A stretch of DNA of 50,005 nucleotides from an uncultured Treponemataceae bacterium (GTDB lineage: Bacteria > Spirochaetota > Spirochaetia > Treponematales > UBA12059): positions 1 to 50,005 of the forward strand of contig CAZNNA010000001.1 in NCBI GenBank assembly GCA_964573825.1. The letters run 5' to 3'. Positions 26,556 to 35,413 of this stretch are shown in pieces. The notes under the pieces were generated by a model. That model saw only the letters and a list, made by a program, of their open reading frames with translations. It searched no databases and was not told the origin of the DNA. Numbering within the stretch: position 1 is the first letter of the stretch; each line of letters starts with the position of its first letter. Position numbers and translations under genes: made by a program.

Positions 26556-28337
26556 CTAGCGCCTGCCGCGTGCGGCCTGGATCGCGTCGCCAGGAGTCCC
26601 GCGGCGCTCGAGGGCCCAGCCCTCGCTCTCCTCCTGGTTGCGCCACATGGAGGCGTAGGCGCCGCCCTTGGCCAGGAGCTCGTCGTGGGTTCCCTGTTCG
26701 ACGGCGCGCCCCTCGTCCAGGACCACGATCAGGTCGGCCGTCTTGACCGTCCTGAGGCGGTGGGCTATGACGAGCACGGTACGGCCCTCGAGGAGGCGCG
26801 CCAGGGCCTCCTGGATGTCTCGCTCGTTCTCCGGGTCCAGGGAGGCCGTCGCCTCGTCGAGTATCACGAAGGGAGCGTCCTTGAGGATGCAGCGCGCGAT
26901 GGCCAGGCGCTGCTTCTCGCCGCCGGAGAGGCTCACGCCTCCCTCTGCGAGCACGGTGTCGTAGCCGTTGGGTAGCCTACGGATGAAGGCGTCGGCCTTG
27001 GCGTCTCGGGCTGCGGCCTCGATCTCCTCGTCGGTAGCGCCCTCGCGGCCTATGGCTATGTTGGCGCGGACCGTGTCGTGGAAGAGGTAGACGTCCTGGA
27101 ATACGACGCTCATGTTGGCCTGGAGCTCCTCGGGCTTGATCGTGGAGACGTCTCGTCCGCCGAAGCGTATCGAGCCGCCTTGGGCGTCCCAGAAGCGCAG
27201 GGCCAGGCTGGCGGCCGTCGTCTTGCCGGAGCCGGAGGCGCCGACCAGGGCGAGGACCGAACCCGAGGGCACGGAGAAGGACAGGCCGGACAGGGCCGGC
27301 CTCGCGCCGTCGTAGGAGAAACTCACCTCGTCAAAGACGAGCGAGGCGTCCCTCGGGACGAAGCCCTCCTCGGCCCAGTCCTGGGCCGGCTCCTCGATGA
27401 TGGAGCTGACCGTCCTGGCGGCCTGTTCAGAGTTGCGGAATTCCGCCTGGAACTGGGATATGGCCCTGAGCGGCTTGTAGAGGTTGAAGGCCACCAGGGC
27501 CGATACTATGAAGTCGGCACCCGAGAGCGAGCCTCCCGACAGGAGCCTCACGCCCACGACCAGGGCCACGGCGAGCCCGACCTCGAGCATGGCCTGGAAG
27601 CCCGCGATGATGGGAGCCATCGAGGCCTCGAGCCTGAAGCTCACGCGCCTTGACTCGTCTATCGCGCCCTTGAGGGTCTCGAGCCGCTCCAAGGCCAGGT
27701 CGTGGGCCTTGAGCGTCCTGATGCCCGAGAGGAATTCCACGAAGGCGTCGTTCATGGTGCCGTTGACCTCGAAGCGACGCTTGCCTGTTTTGGCGAAGAG
27801 TCGCTTCGTGAGGGATAGGAGCGGTAGCCCGAGCGGTATGACCGCGATGGCCGCCAGTCCCATGCGCCAGTCGAGCGCCAGGATGGTAATCGATAGGGCC
27901 AACGAGCCTACGCCCGCCGTCACCAGGTCGGGGAACTGGTGCGTGATGACCGCCTCCACGTCCTGCAGGTTAGCCATGAGGCGGCTCGTAAGGTCGCCCG
28001 CCCTAAAGCGCTGAAAGAAACCGAGCGGTACGCGGCGTAGCCGCTCCCCGACCTCCATCCTGGCCGTACGTATGAAGTCCGCTCCGTTGACCTGGCATTC
28101 GTAGGTCGCCTTGGCCCCGACGAACCAGCGAAGGAGAAGGGCTCCGCCCATGACTCCGAGGGTGATAATCAGGGCGCTCCGGTCGAAGCGCCCCTCGGCG
28201 ATGCGATAGACGACGAGCATGGGCATGCCCGCGACCAGGGCGGATAGGAATCCGTCCGCGACGCTGTAGGCTATGCCCTTGGCGAGGCGCGGCCGCTTGC
28301 CGGGGCCGAGCATGCCTATGGTTGATTCGAATAGCAT
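26556..28337 (-). CDS. ABC transporter, fused permease/ATPase half-transporter (B-type, first copy)
   Basis: GASGSGKTT, LSGGEKQR, VILDEATASLD and VIAHRL. Confidence 0.9.
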   Translation of the reverse strand: MLFESTIGMLGPGKRPRLAKGIAYSVADGFLSALVAGMPMLVVYRIAEGRFDRSALIITLGVMGGALLLRWFVGAKATYECQVNGADFIRTARMEVGERLRRVPLGFFQRFRAGDLTSRLMANLQDVEAVITHQFPDLVTAGVGSLALSITILALDWRMGLAAIAVIPLGLPLLSLTKRLFAKTGKRRFEVNGTMNDAFVEFLSGIRTLKAHDLALERLETLKGAIDESRRVSFRLEASMAPIIAGFQAMLEVGLAVALVVGVRLLSGGSLSGADFIVSALVAFNLYKPLRAISQFQAEFRNSEQAARTVSSIIEEPAQDWAEEGFVPRDASLVFDEVSFSYDGARPALSGLSFSVPSGSVLALVGASGSGKTTAASLALRFWDAQGGSIRFGGRDVSTIKPEELQANMSVVFQDVYLFHDTVRANIAIGREGATDEEIEAAARDAKADAFIRRLPNGYDTVLAEGGVSLSGGEKQRLAIARCILKDAPFVILDEATASLDPENERDIQEALARLLEGRTVLVIAHRLRTVKTADLIVVLDEGRAVEQGTHDELLAKGGAYASMWRNQEESEGWALERRGTPGDAIQAARGRR

Positions 28338-28353
28338 GGGTGTCTCCTATCGT

Positions 28354-30177
28354 TTACTTGGCGGCCGGCCGAGCCTCGGCGCCGCCGTGGGCGACGAGCG
28401 TTCGCGGGGTCTTGCGTCGCTCGCCGCGGGCCGCTCCTACGTTCCAGTCGACGGCGGAGCTCGCTCCTGCCCAGAGCCGCGAGAAGGTGCCTCCGGCGGC
28501 CTCCAGCTCGTCGAAGGTCCCGGCCTCTACCACCCTGCCGCCCTCGAAGACCAGGATTCGGTCGACGCGCCTCAGGGTCTTGAGCCGGTGAGCCACGACG
28601 ATGACGCTCTTGTCGGCGAGAAGCTCGTTCAGGGCCTCCTGGATCAGCCGCTCGTTCTCCGGGTCGGCGTAGCTCGTCGCCTCGTCCAGCACGACGACCG
28701 GCGAGTCCTTGAGCATGGCCCTGGCTATGGCTATGCGCTGGATCTGCCCCCCGGATAGGGTCTTGTCGCCCGAGACCTCGGTGGCGTAGCCCCGAGGCAG
28801 GGCCTCGATGAAGTCGTGGGCCCGCGCGGCCCTGGCGGCTCGGCGTACGTCGGCGGCGCTCGCCGAGCGGTTGCCCATCCGAATGTTGTCCTCGATGGTA
28901 CCCTTGAAGAGCTGCGACTCCTGGAAGCATATCGAGACGCGGCGCATGAGTTCCTTGGTGCCGACCTCGGGATAGGCGAGCCCGCCAATGCGCAGGCTAC
29001 CCTCGCGCGGGTCGTAGAAGCGCGCGGCCAAGAGGGCCGCCGTCGACTTGCCCGCCCCGGAGGGCCCGACGAAGGCCGTGATGGTACCCGGGGCGGCCAC
29101 GAAGGAGAGGCCCGAGACGGCGTCTTCCTCCTCGTAGGCGAAGCTGACGTCGGAGAAGGCGATCCTGTCGTCGGAAGGCAGGGCGGGCCGCTCGGGTTCG
29201 GAGAGCGGCTCGGCCTCGAGCACCTCGCGCAGGCGCTTCACGCCCTGGAAGTTCATGCTCATGTGGCTCATCATGAAATAGACGGTCTTGACCGAGGAGA
29301 CGTAGGCGGGCCCCAGGACCAGGGCTATGAGAAAGGCTGGAAACTCGAGGGAGCCGGCCAGGTAGAGCGGACCGCCCACCGCCAGGATGAAGAAGGCGGA
29401 AGATTCCAGGGCCGTATTGAAGCCCGAGTATATCTTGAGGGCCCTGACCGTCCAGGTCTTCCACATGGCGAAGTACTCGTCCACCGAATTCCTATAGTTG
29501 CCGAAGGATTCGGCGGTGCGGTTGAAGGCTCGAACGACGCTCATGCCGCGTATGTACTCGATGATCGTGCCGTTCATCTTGGCAAAGAGCGCGTAGTACT
29601 TGGGCATGTCCTCGTTATAGGACCGGAAGACCATCGCCATGAAGAAGGGCGCCAGGACGAGCGGCGCGAGCGAGGTGAGCCCGAGCCTCCAGTCGGTCAT
29701 GAAGAGGAAGCCGAGTATGGTCAAGGGCATGACCACTCCGCGTATCAGGTCCGGGATGTGGTGGGCTATGAAGAGCTCGATCTTCTCCACGTCTTCCGTG
29801 AAGAGCTTGCGCGTATCCCCGCTCGTACGCTTGGTGAACCACCCGAGCGGCAGCTCGAGGAGCTTGCGGGCGAGCGAGTAGCGTATGTCGCGGAGCACGC
29901 TGAAGGCCGCCAGGTGGGATAGCACCATCGAGCCCATGAAGGCGACGAGGTAGGCGAGCCCCGCGCCGGCTATGAATACGCCCCACCGGGCCAGCTCGGA
30001 GGCGGCCGCCGTTCCGCCTTGGATCAAGGCTACCAGGCGATACAGCGCGTAGAAGGGCAGGACGGAGAGTATGCCGGAGGCGGCCGCCACGACGACCGTG
30101 GCCGCGAGCATCCACCCGCCCTGGCGAGAGAGCGAGATGAGGTAGCCCAGGGGCGAACCGTTCTTCTCGGATTTCAA
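28354..30177 (-). CDS. ABC transporter, fused permease/ATPase half-transporter (A-type, first copy)
   Basis: GPSGAGKST, LSGGQIQR, VVLDEATSYAD and VVAHRL. TTG start preceded by AAAGGAG. Confidence 0.9.
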   Translation of the reverse strand: MKSEKNGSPLGYLISLSRQGGWMLAATVVVAAASGILSVLPFYALYRLVALIQGGTAAASELARWGVFIAGAGLAYLVAFMGSMVLSHLAAFSVLRDIRYSLARKLLELPLGWFTKRTSGDTRKLFTEDVEKIELFIAHHIPDLIRGVVMPLTILGFLFMTDWRLGLTSLAPLVLAPFFMAMVFRSYNEDMPKYYALFAKMNGTIIEYIRGMSVVRAFNRTAESFGNYRNSVDEYFAMWKTWTVRALKIYSGFNTALESSAFFILAVGGPLYLAGSLEFPAFLIALVLGPAYVSSVKTVYFMMSHMSMNFQGVKRLREVLEAEPLSEPERPALPSDDRIAFSDVSFAYEEEDAVSGLSFVAAPGTITAFVGPSGAGKSTAALLAARFYDPREGSLRIGGLAYPEVGTKELMRRVSICFQESQLFKGTIEDNIRMGNRSASAADVRRAARAARAHDFIEALPRGYATEVSGDKTLSGGQIQRIAIARAMLKDSPVVVLDEATSYADPENERLIQEALNELLADKSVIVVAHRLKTLRRVDRILVFEGGRVVEAGTFDELEAAGGTFSRLWAGASSAVDWNVGAARGERRKTPRTLVAHGGAEARPAAK

Positions 30178-30227
30178 GGGAAGCTCCTTTCGGGATGAGG
30201 GGCGGACGGCCCCTGATGGTAGATGTT

Positions 30228-30246
30228 GATAATGAGTATCAATATC
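30228..30246. promoter_or_regulatory. Fur-like box between the transporter operon and the AraC gene
   Basis: GATAATGAGTATCAATATC matches the 19-bp Fur consensus at 16/19 positions. It lies in the AT-rich core of the 116-bp divergent intergenic region. Confidence 0.55.
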
Positions 30247-30293
30247 ATATATACTCGAGCCTGTATTGTACGAATGCGACAGATTAAGGAAGG

Positions 30294-31232
30294 ATGATGC
30301 GGTATAGGGAGTACGCGCCTTCGAAGGGACTCGCCGACTATGTACGCTATCTCTGGGTCTTCGAGCGGGCGGAGGAGGACGAGCTCTTCGCCTTGGATCG
30401 CTTCATGCCCGAGGCTGGATCCTATCTCGTCTTCCAGCTTGAAGGCGGATGCAGGCGGCTCGACGGCGGCCGGGCCCCTTGCGGCGCTGCCGCCCTGGGC
30501 TCTCTGCGCCAGAGCATCGACGTGGTCTTCGAGGGAGCCACGCTCAACGTCGGCGCGCGCTTCACGGCCGCCGGCGCCGCGGCGCTCGGCGTCTTTAGCC
30601 CGGCCGAGGTCATCGGCCTGAGCGATTTCCACGCGCCTTGGGCCGAGTCCTTGCTAGCGGGCCTCCTAGACGCTCGATCGGCCTCTCCGGGGCGTTCCGG
30701 CAGGGACGCGGCGAGCGGGGCCGATCTGGCGGCCTTGGCGTCTCTCCTCGACGCGGCCCTGGTCTCGAGGGCGCGTCTTCGAGAGCCGGATCCCCTCGCG
30801 CGTTTCCTGGATCGGTGTGGCGCCTGCGCGGGATACGGCCCCGGCCTCGGTTGCGCGCGTCGCGAAGGGCGCCTGGCACCCTCGTGCGAGGCCTGCGCCG
30901 ATACCGACTGTCCCCTTTCGCGCCGTAGCCTCGAAAGAAAGGCTCGCGGGCTGACGGGGTACTCGCCGAGGGAGCTTCTCTCGCTCAGGCGCTGCGGCAT
31001 GGCTCGGAGCGCCCTCTACCTGTTAGGCGAGCCCGACCTGAGCGACCTGGCCCTCTCCCTGGGATATTTCGACCTACCGCATTTCTGCCGCTCGTTCAAG
31101 CGCTGGGGAGGCATGACGCCCGGCGAGTACTCGCGTTTCTGTAGTCCCTACCGCAGGGCCATGAAGGGACCCGACGCCATGATCCACCATGCCGCAGAGT
31201 CCTCCTGGCTCGCGGGCGGACGAAGCCGATAA
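30294..31232 (+). CDS. AraC family transcriptional regulator
   Basis: C-terminal HTH LSDLALSLGYFDLPHFCRSFKRWGGMTPGEY. N-terminal REYAPS..LADYVRYLW type sensor domain. Confidence 0.85.
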   Translation: MMRYREYAPSKGLADYVRYLWVFERAEEDELFALDRFMPEAGSYLVFQLEGGCRRLDGGRAPCGAAALGSLRQSIDVVFEGATLNVGARFTAAGAAALGVFSPAEVIGLSDFHAPWAESLLAGLLDARSASPGRSGRDAASGADLAALASLLDAALVSRARLREPDPLARFLDRCGACAGYGPGLGCARREGRLAPSCEACADTDCPLSRRSLERKARGLTGYSPRELLSLRRCGMARSALYLLGEPDLSDLALSLGYFDLPHFCRSFKRWGGMTPGEYSRFCSPYRRAMKGPDAMIHHAAESSWLAGGRSR

Positions 31233-31306
31233 AGGCTCAACCTTGCCGCGGGCCTTCTCTAGGCCCCGCAAAGAGGCTATGCTTGCCGCGTCCCGGAGGT
31301 TGATGA

Positions 31307-32038
31307 ATGCTTCAGAAATTGCCCGCCTGGGTAGGCTTCGGCGCCTTTATCCTGGCCTTCGCCGCGGGCTCCATGAATGTCTTTACCCTCGAGAGCGCCC
31401 TGCACCAGGCTGTCACCCACCAGTCAGGCAACTCCTCGTCCATGATGCTCGCCCTGTCGCTCGGCCGTCTCGGCCTAGCCGGGCGCTTCCTTGGGCTCAT
31501 CCTGGCCTTTGTCGCGGGCTCGGTCCTGAGCGGCTTTATCATACGCGATTACCACCTGCGGCTGGGCCGTCGCTACGGCGTCAGCCTGATGATCGAGTCC
31601 GCGGCCATACTCGTCGCCCTTGCCCTCGTCGGGCGAGCCCCCTTCGCCGCCCAGCTGCTACTCGCCGCGGCGAGCGGGCTCCAGAACGCCATGGCCACGA
31701 CCTACTCCGGGGCCGTCGTACGGACGACGCACCTTACGGGCGTCTATACCGATCTAGGCGTACTCCTCGGCAATCGCCTGGCCGGCATTCCCATCCCCGG
31801 GCGCAAGCTGCGGCTGCTATCGGGAATCCTGGTCGGCTTCCTCCTGGGCGGGCTGGTCAACGGCCTTCTCTATCCTCGCGTCGGCGACGCCGTACTGTTC
31901 TTGCCGGCGGCTATAACCGGCTCGATAGGCCTAGGCTACTATGCCTATAGGCGCCGCCATCTCGATGGTCCTCACGGACGCTCCCCGGACGGCCCGAGCG
32001 CGTTGCCTGGGGATCCCGATGGCGGGGAGACGCGATGA
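31307..32038 (+). CDS. DUF1275 (YoaK-like) membrane protein
   Basis: AGSMNVFT...VTHQSGN...ASGLQNAMATTYSGAVVRTTHLTGVYTDLG is characteristic of the family (from memory). Confidence 0.75.
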   Translation: MLQKLPAWVGFGAFILAFAAGSMNVFTLESALHQAVTHQSGNSSSMMLALSLGRLGLAGRFLGLILAFVAGSVLSGFIIRDYHLRLGRRYGVSLMIESAAILVALALVGRAPFAAQLLLAAASGLQNAMATTYSGAVVRTTHLTGVYTDLGVLLGNRLAGIPIPGRKLRLLSGILVGFLLGGLVNGLLYPRVGDAVLFLPAAITGSIGLGYYAYRRRHLDGPHGRSPDGPSALPGDPDGGETR

Positions 32039-32619
32039 GACGCCTACCCGCCGCCGGGGTCGCCGGCGTCGCCGCCTTCGCGGTCCTCGCCATCGTCGCC
32101 GCGCTGGCGCTCTCGAGGCCCGGGACCGGTCCAGCGGAAAGGAGCGGCGAGGCGCCCGCGCGCCCCGCGCAGGTAGGCGACGAGCTTGCGGAAGCCTTCT
32201 TGCGCAAGGTTCCCCGGCCGCGGGCCATCGCTGAGAGCGGTACCATAGTCGTTACGGATGAGACCTTCTCGGCCGCCTACGACGAGCTCTACGATAGGCG
32301 CGATACCTACTACGGTCGCGACATAGAGCTTTCCGGCTATGTCCTACGAGAGGACGGGATAGGCCCGGGCGGCTTCCTCCTCGGGCGCGACCTGCTCTGG
32401 TGCTGCGAGGACGACCTCTACTTCATCGGCTTCGTCGTCTTCTCCTCCGGCCCGCTACCGGAGGCCGAGGCGACCGTCCGGGTCAAGGGCCGGATCGAGC
32501 CTCGCCCCTATACCGACCCCGAGAGTGGCAAGACCTTCACCGTGCCCGCCGTGATAGCCGCGCGTATAGACCCCGAGCAAGGCGTGGCGCGACGGGTGTC
32601 ATCCGAGATGAACCGTTAG
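32035..32619 (+). CDS. membrane-anchored protein with DUF1980/TIGR03943-like C-terminal domain
   Basis: N-terminal TM helix. The LLWCCEDDLYFIGFVV (CCxxD) motif is typical of that family (from memory). ATGA overlap with the upstream gene. Confidence 0.55.
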   Translation: MRRLPAAGVAGVAAFAVLAIVAALALSRPGTGPAERSGEAPARPAQVGDELAEAFLRKVPRPRAIAESGTIVVTDETFSAAYDELYDRRDTYYGRDIELSGYVLREDGIGPGGFLLGRDLLWCCEDDLYFIGFVVFSSGPLPEAEATVRVKGRIEPRPYTDPESGKTFTVPAVIAARIDPEQGVARRVSSEMNR

Positions 32620-33041
32620 CCGCCTTGCGCGAGTAAGGCCGCAGCCGCCTCGACGGCCTGGATGATCAAGGTGCCCATGGGCGCCTTCTCCACGCCGACG
32701 AGGGTAAAGTGGGACTGCTGCACCGGGACGAGGAGGAGCCGGCCGCGGGCTGACGTGACCGCCTCGGCTATGGCCGGCGTGATCTCGCCGAGCATGCTGT
32801 TCGGAAGGGCTATGCCGATAGGGCCCATGACGACGTCGCCCAGGCTCGCGGAGACTCGTATGGCATTCTCGCCGGAAGCCGCACGATCGGCTCCCGACCG
32901 GAGCATGCGCTCGGCGGCTGTGGAATTCGTGGCCAAGGCTATGATTTCCACCGCGTCGCCGAGGGCCTCGCGGGCCTTGGCCACGAGCTGGGAGCCGAGC
33001 CCGCCGCCCATCCCGTCTACTACGACTATTGTCTTTCTCAT
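32616..33041 (-). CDS. DUF3842-like protein
   Basis: MRKTIVVVDGMGGGLGSQLV...IALATNSTAA...GPIGIALPNSMLGEITP resembles DUF3842 (from memory). Confidence 0.6.
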   Translation of the reverse strand: MRKTIVVVDGMGGGLGSQLVAKAREALGDAVEIIALATNSTAAERMLRSGADRAASGENAIRVSASLGDVVMGPIGIALPNSMLGEITPAIAEAVTSARGRLLLVPVQQSHFTLVGVEKAPMGTLIIQAVEAAAALLAQGG

Positions 33042-33213
33042 GCGGGGAGCCTAGCCGCCTCGACCGCTAGGGTCAAGGTGCTCCGTTCCGCCTCGATCCT
33101 GAGCGCCCGTCCTCTGTTTTTTCGCCTAAGCCGTCGCGCCGGGATCATCGAGGCTATATACTGTATAGGGGCGCCTAGGGCGATAGCTGAGCCGGCGCTC
33201 TCGGGGAGAGGCC

Positions 33214-35382
33214 ATGAGGAGCCTATTGCGAAGGGCGGGAGAGCTGCGTAAGGCGGCCGGGTCCGAGCTCGGGGCCTTCGGTCCGGCCGAAGGCATATCC
33301 AGGGAAGACCGCGACGAGATTCTCCTCCACATCGACGAGGTCGCCAAGAAGGCTCGCATCATACCGGGCCCGGATAGCTGGAAGGTCAGGCCGCGCCGCC
33401 GAGGCTTCGGCCTGCCTATCGTCGTCAACCTTGCTGGCCTGGCCCTGCTGGCCCTCGGGCTGTTCGCCCTGGGGCGCGTCTTCTCCCCGGCGGAGGCCTC
33501 CTCCGGCACGGCGGCCTCCGCCCTGAGCAGCGCCGAGGGGCAGCTCCTCAAGGAGATCAAGCGCGAGGCCGAGGGACGGCTCCAGGAGAAGGACAGGGAG
33601 ATAGCCTCCATACAGGGTCGCATGGCCGAGCTGGACGCCGAGCGAGCCAGGCTCGCCTCGAGCGTCGAGGATAGGGTCAAGGCCAAGGAGGCCGAGCTCA
33701 AGGCCGCCCTGGCCGAGGAACTGGAGCGGGAGCGCGCCCGCCTGCGCGAGCAGGGGCTCTCCGAGGAGGCCATCCAGGAACGCCTGCGCGACTTCGAGCG
33801 CAAGAAGACCGAGGAATTCCGTAGCCGGCTAGACGAATTCTCCAGGAAGGCCGAGGCCGAGCGTGCGGCCCTCCAGGCCAGCCTGGACAAGGCCAAGGCC
33901 GAGTTCTCCGCTAGCCTCGGTTCCATAACCGCCGAGCGCCAGCGCATACAGGACGAGTCCCGCCGGCGCGAGCTCGAGCTACGCTCCCGGCTCGACGAAC
34001 AGGGCGCGGCGCTCGAGGCTGAGCGCGCCCGGGTCGCCGCGACGCTCAAGGACGCCCAGGCCGAATTGGCGCGCTTAGGCGAGGAGGCTAGGCGCGACAA
34101 GGCGGAGGAGGACAGGCTGCTCGGGCTGTACGCGACGGCGAGGCAGGCGCTCCGGGACGGTCGAGTCGACGACGCCTCCGCGGCGCTCGCCGCGCTCAGG
34201 ACGAGCCTGGCCGATCCCCGCGTCGCCGCCATACCGTCGCTGTCGCGGCGAAGGGAGCTCGACCTCCTGGCCGCCGACCTCCTGGAGAAGGCCGTGGCCT
34301 CGGAGCGGGCCAAGTCCTCCGCCGACGCCGGGCGCCTGACGGCGGCCCTCGAAGCCGTCGCCGCGATCCGGGCGGAGGCCGAGCGCGCCCGCGCCGCGCT
34401 GGCCGCCGGCCGGCCCGCCGACGCGGAGGCCGCGTACCGTAACGCCCTCCGCTCCACGGCCGAGCTGACCGAGGCTTCCACTTTCCTGGAAGCGGCCTGG
34501 AAGGGCCGCCTCTCCGTCGAGACGGCGACCCTGGAGTCGGCCAGGCTCGAGGCACAGGGGCTGGTAGCCGCCGCCAAGGCGCGGGAGGCCCGCGTCGCCG
34601 AGCTCGAGGGCGAGCTCTCCGTCGTGCGCGCCTCGCTGGCGGCCGCCGAGGCACGGGCCGCCGAGTCCGGGGCGGCAGCCCTGTCCGCTCGCTCGGAACG
34701 GGATGCCCGGGCCGCGGAACGCGACGCCGCCCTCGCCTCGCGGGACGCGAGCGGGCGAGAGCGCGACGAGGCCCTAGGCGGCCTAGCCCGGGCCCAGGCC
34801 GAGTCGGCCGCGATGAGGGCCGAGCGGGACGCGGCCCTCGGCGAGAGGGACGTCGCCTTCAAGGAACGCGACGCGGCCCTTGCCGCCGGTAAGGCCGCTC
34901 CCGCGGCGGGAACCGCCGCCACGCTTCCTCCCGAGCTAGCCGCCGAGCCGGCTACCGAGATAGCCTCCCTCAAGGAGCGCGCGGCCGGGCTCGAGGCGGA
35001 GCTGGCCCGCGCCCGCGCACGCTACCAGGCCGTCGAGTCCGGGTACCGGGCCTACGCCGTCGCGGACGACGAGCTGCGAGGCGCCGGGGGCTCGTCGTCC
35101 CTCGTAGAGGCCAGGCGCCGCCTCGACGGTTTCCTGTCGTCGCCCGAGGTCGAGGCCGCCATGCCCGGTTTCCGCGATAGGATAGCCCGCTACCTGGACG
35201 CCTTCCAGTCGGCCGGAGCCGGAGAGGTGCTCTTCAACGCCGCCGACGTCGTGGACGGCGCCGCTCGCATACGGGACCCGGCCGCCCTCGGGCGCTACCT
35301 TACGGACTTGGCTACCCGCTACGAGGGCGACGAGGCCATGACTGAATTCCTCTCGAGCGTGCGCGCGGCCTTCGCTCGCTGA
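33214..35382 (+). CDS. membrane-anchored long coiled-coil protein (Ala/Glu/Arg-rich)
   Basis: One TM helix (GLPIVVNLAGLALLALGLFALG) followed by about 550 aa of heptad-like charged sequence. The protein-like composition contrasts with the Ser/Ala/Arg-rich antisense ORF. Confidence 0.7.
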   Translation: MRSLLRRAGELRKAAGSELGAFGPAEGISREDRDEILLHIDEVAKKARIIPGPDSWKVRPRRRGFGLPIVVNLAGLALLALGLFALGRVFSPAEASSGTAASALSSAEGQLLKEIKREAEGRLQEKDREIASIQGRMAELDAERARLASSVEDRVKAKEAELKAALAEELERERARLREQGLSEEAIQERLRDFERKKTEEFRSRLDEFSRKAEAERAALQASLDKAKAEFSASLGSITAERQRIQDESRRRELELRSRLDEQGAALEAERARVAATLKDAQAELARLGEEARRDKAEEDRLLGLYATARQALRDGRVDDASAALAALRTSLADPRVAAIPSLSRRRELDLLAADLLEKAVASERAKSSADAGRLTAALEAVAAIRAEAERARAALAAGRPADAEAAYRNALRSTAELTEASTFLEAAWKGRLSVETATLESARLEAQGLVAAAKAREARVAELEGELSVVRASLAAAEARAAESGAAALSARSERDARAAERDAALASRDASGRERDEALGGLARAQAESAAMRAERDAALGERDVAFKERDAALAAGKAAPAAGTAATLPPELAAEPATEIASLKERAAGLEAELARARARYQAVESGYRAYAVADDELRGAGGSSSLVEARRRLDGFLSSPEVEAAMPGFRDRIARYLDAFQSAGAGEVLFNAADVVDGAARIRDPAALGRYLTDLATRYEGDEAMTEFLSSVRAAFAR

Positions 35383-35413
35383 GGCCCGGCGGCTAGGCTC
35401 GGTTCTCGGGTAG

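Noticed and set aside
31189-31950. 253-aa ORF overlapping the DUF1275 gene in another frame
   Set aside because: Its translation is Arg/Pro-rich with no membrane or domain features, whereas the overlapping frame shows the DUF1275 signature motifs.
33126-34973. 615-aa ORF antisense to the coiled-coil gene
   Set aside because: Its translation is low-complexity Ser/Ala/Arg sequence with no start context. This is typical of a shadow frame opposite a GC-rich, GAG/GCC-rich gene, whereas the plus-strand product has a TM helix and coherent heptad sequence.
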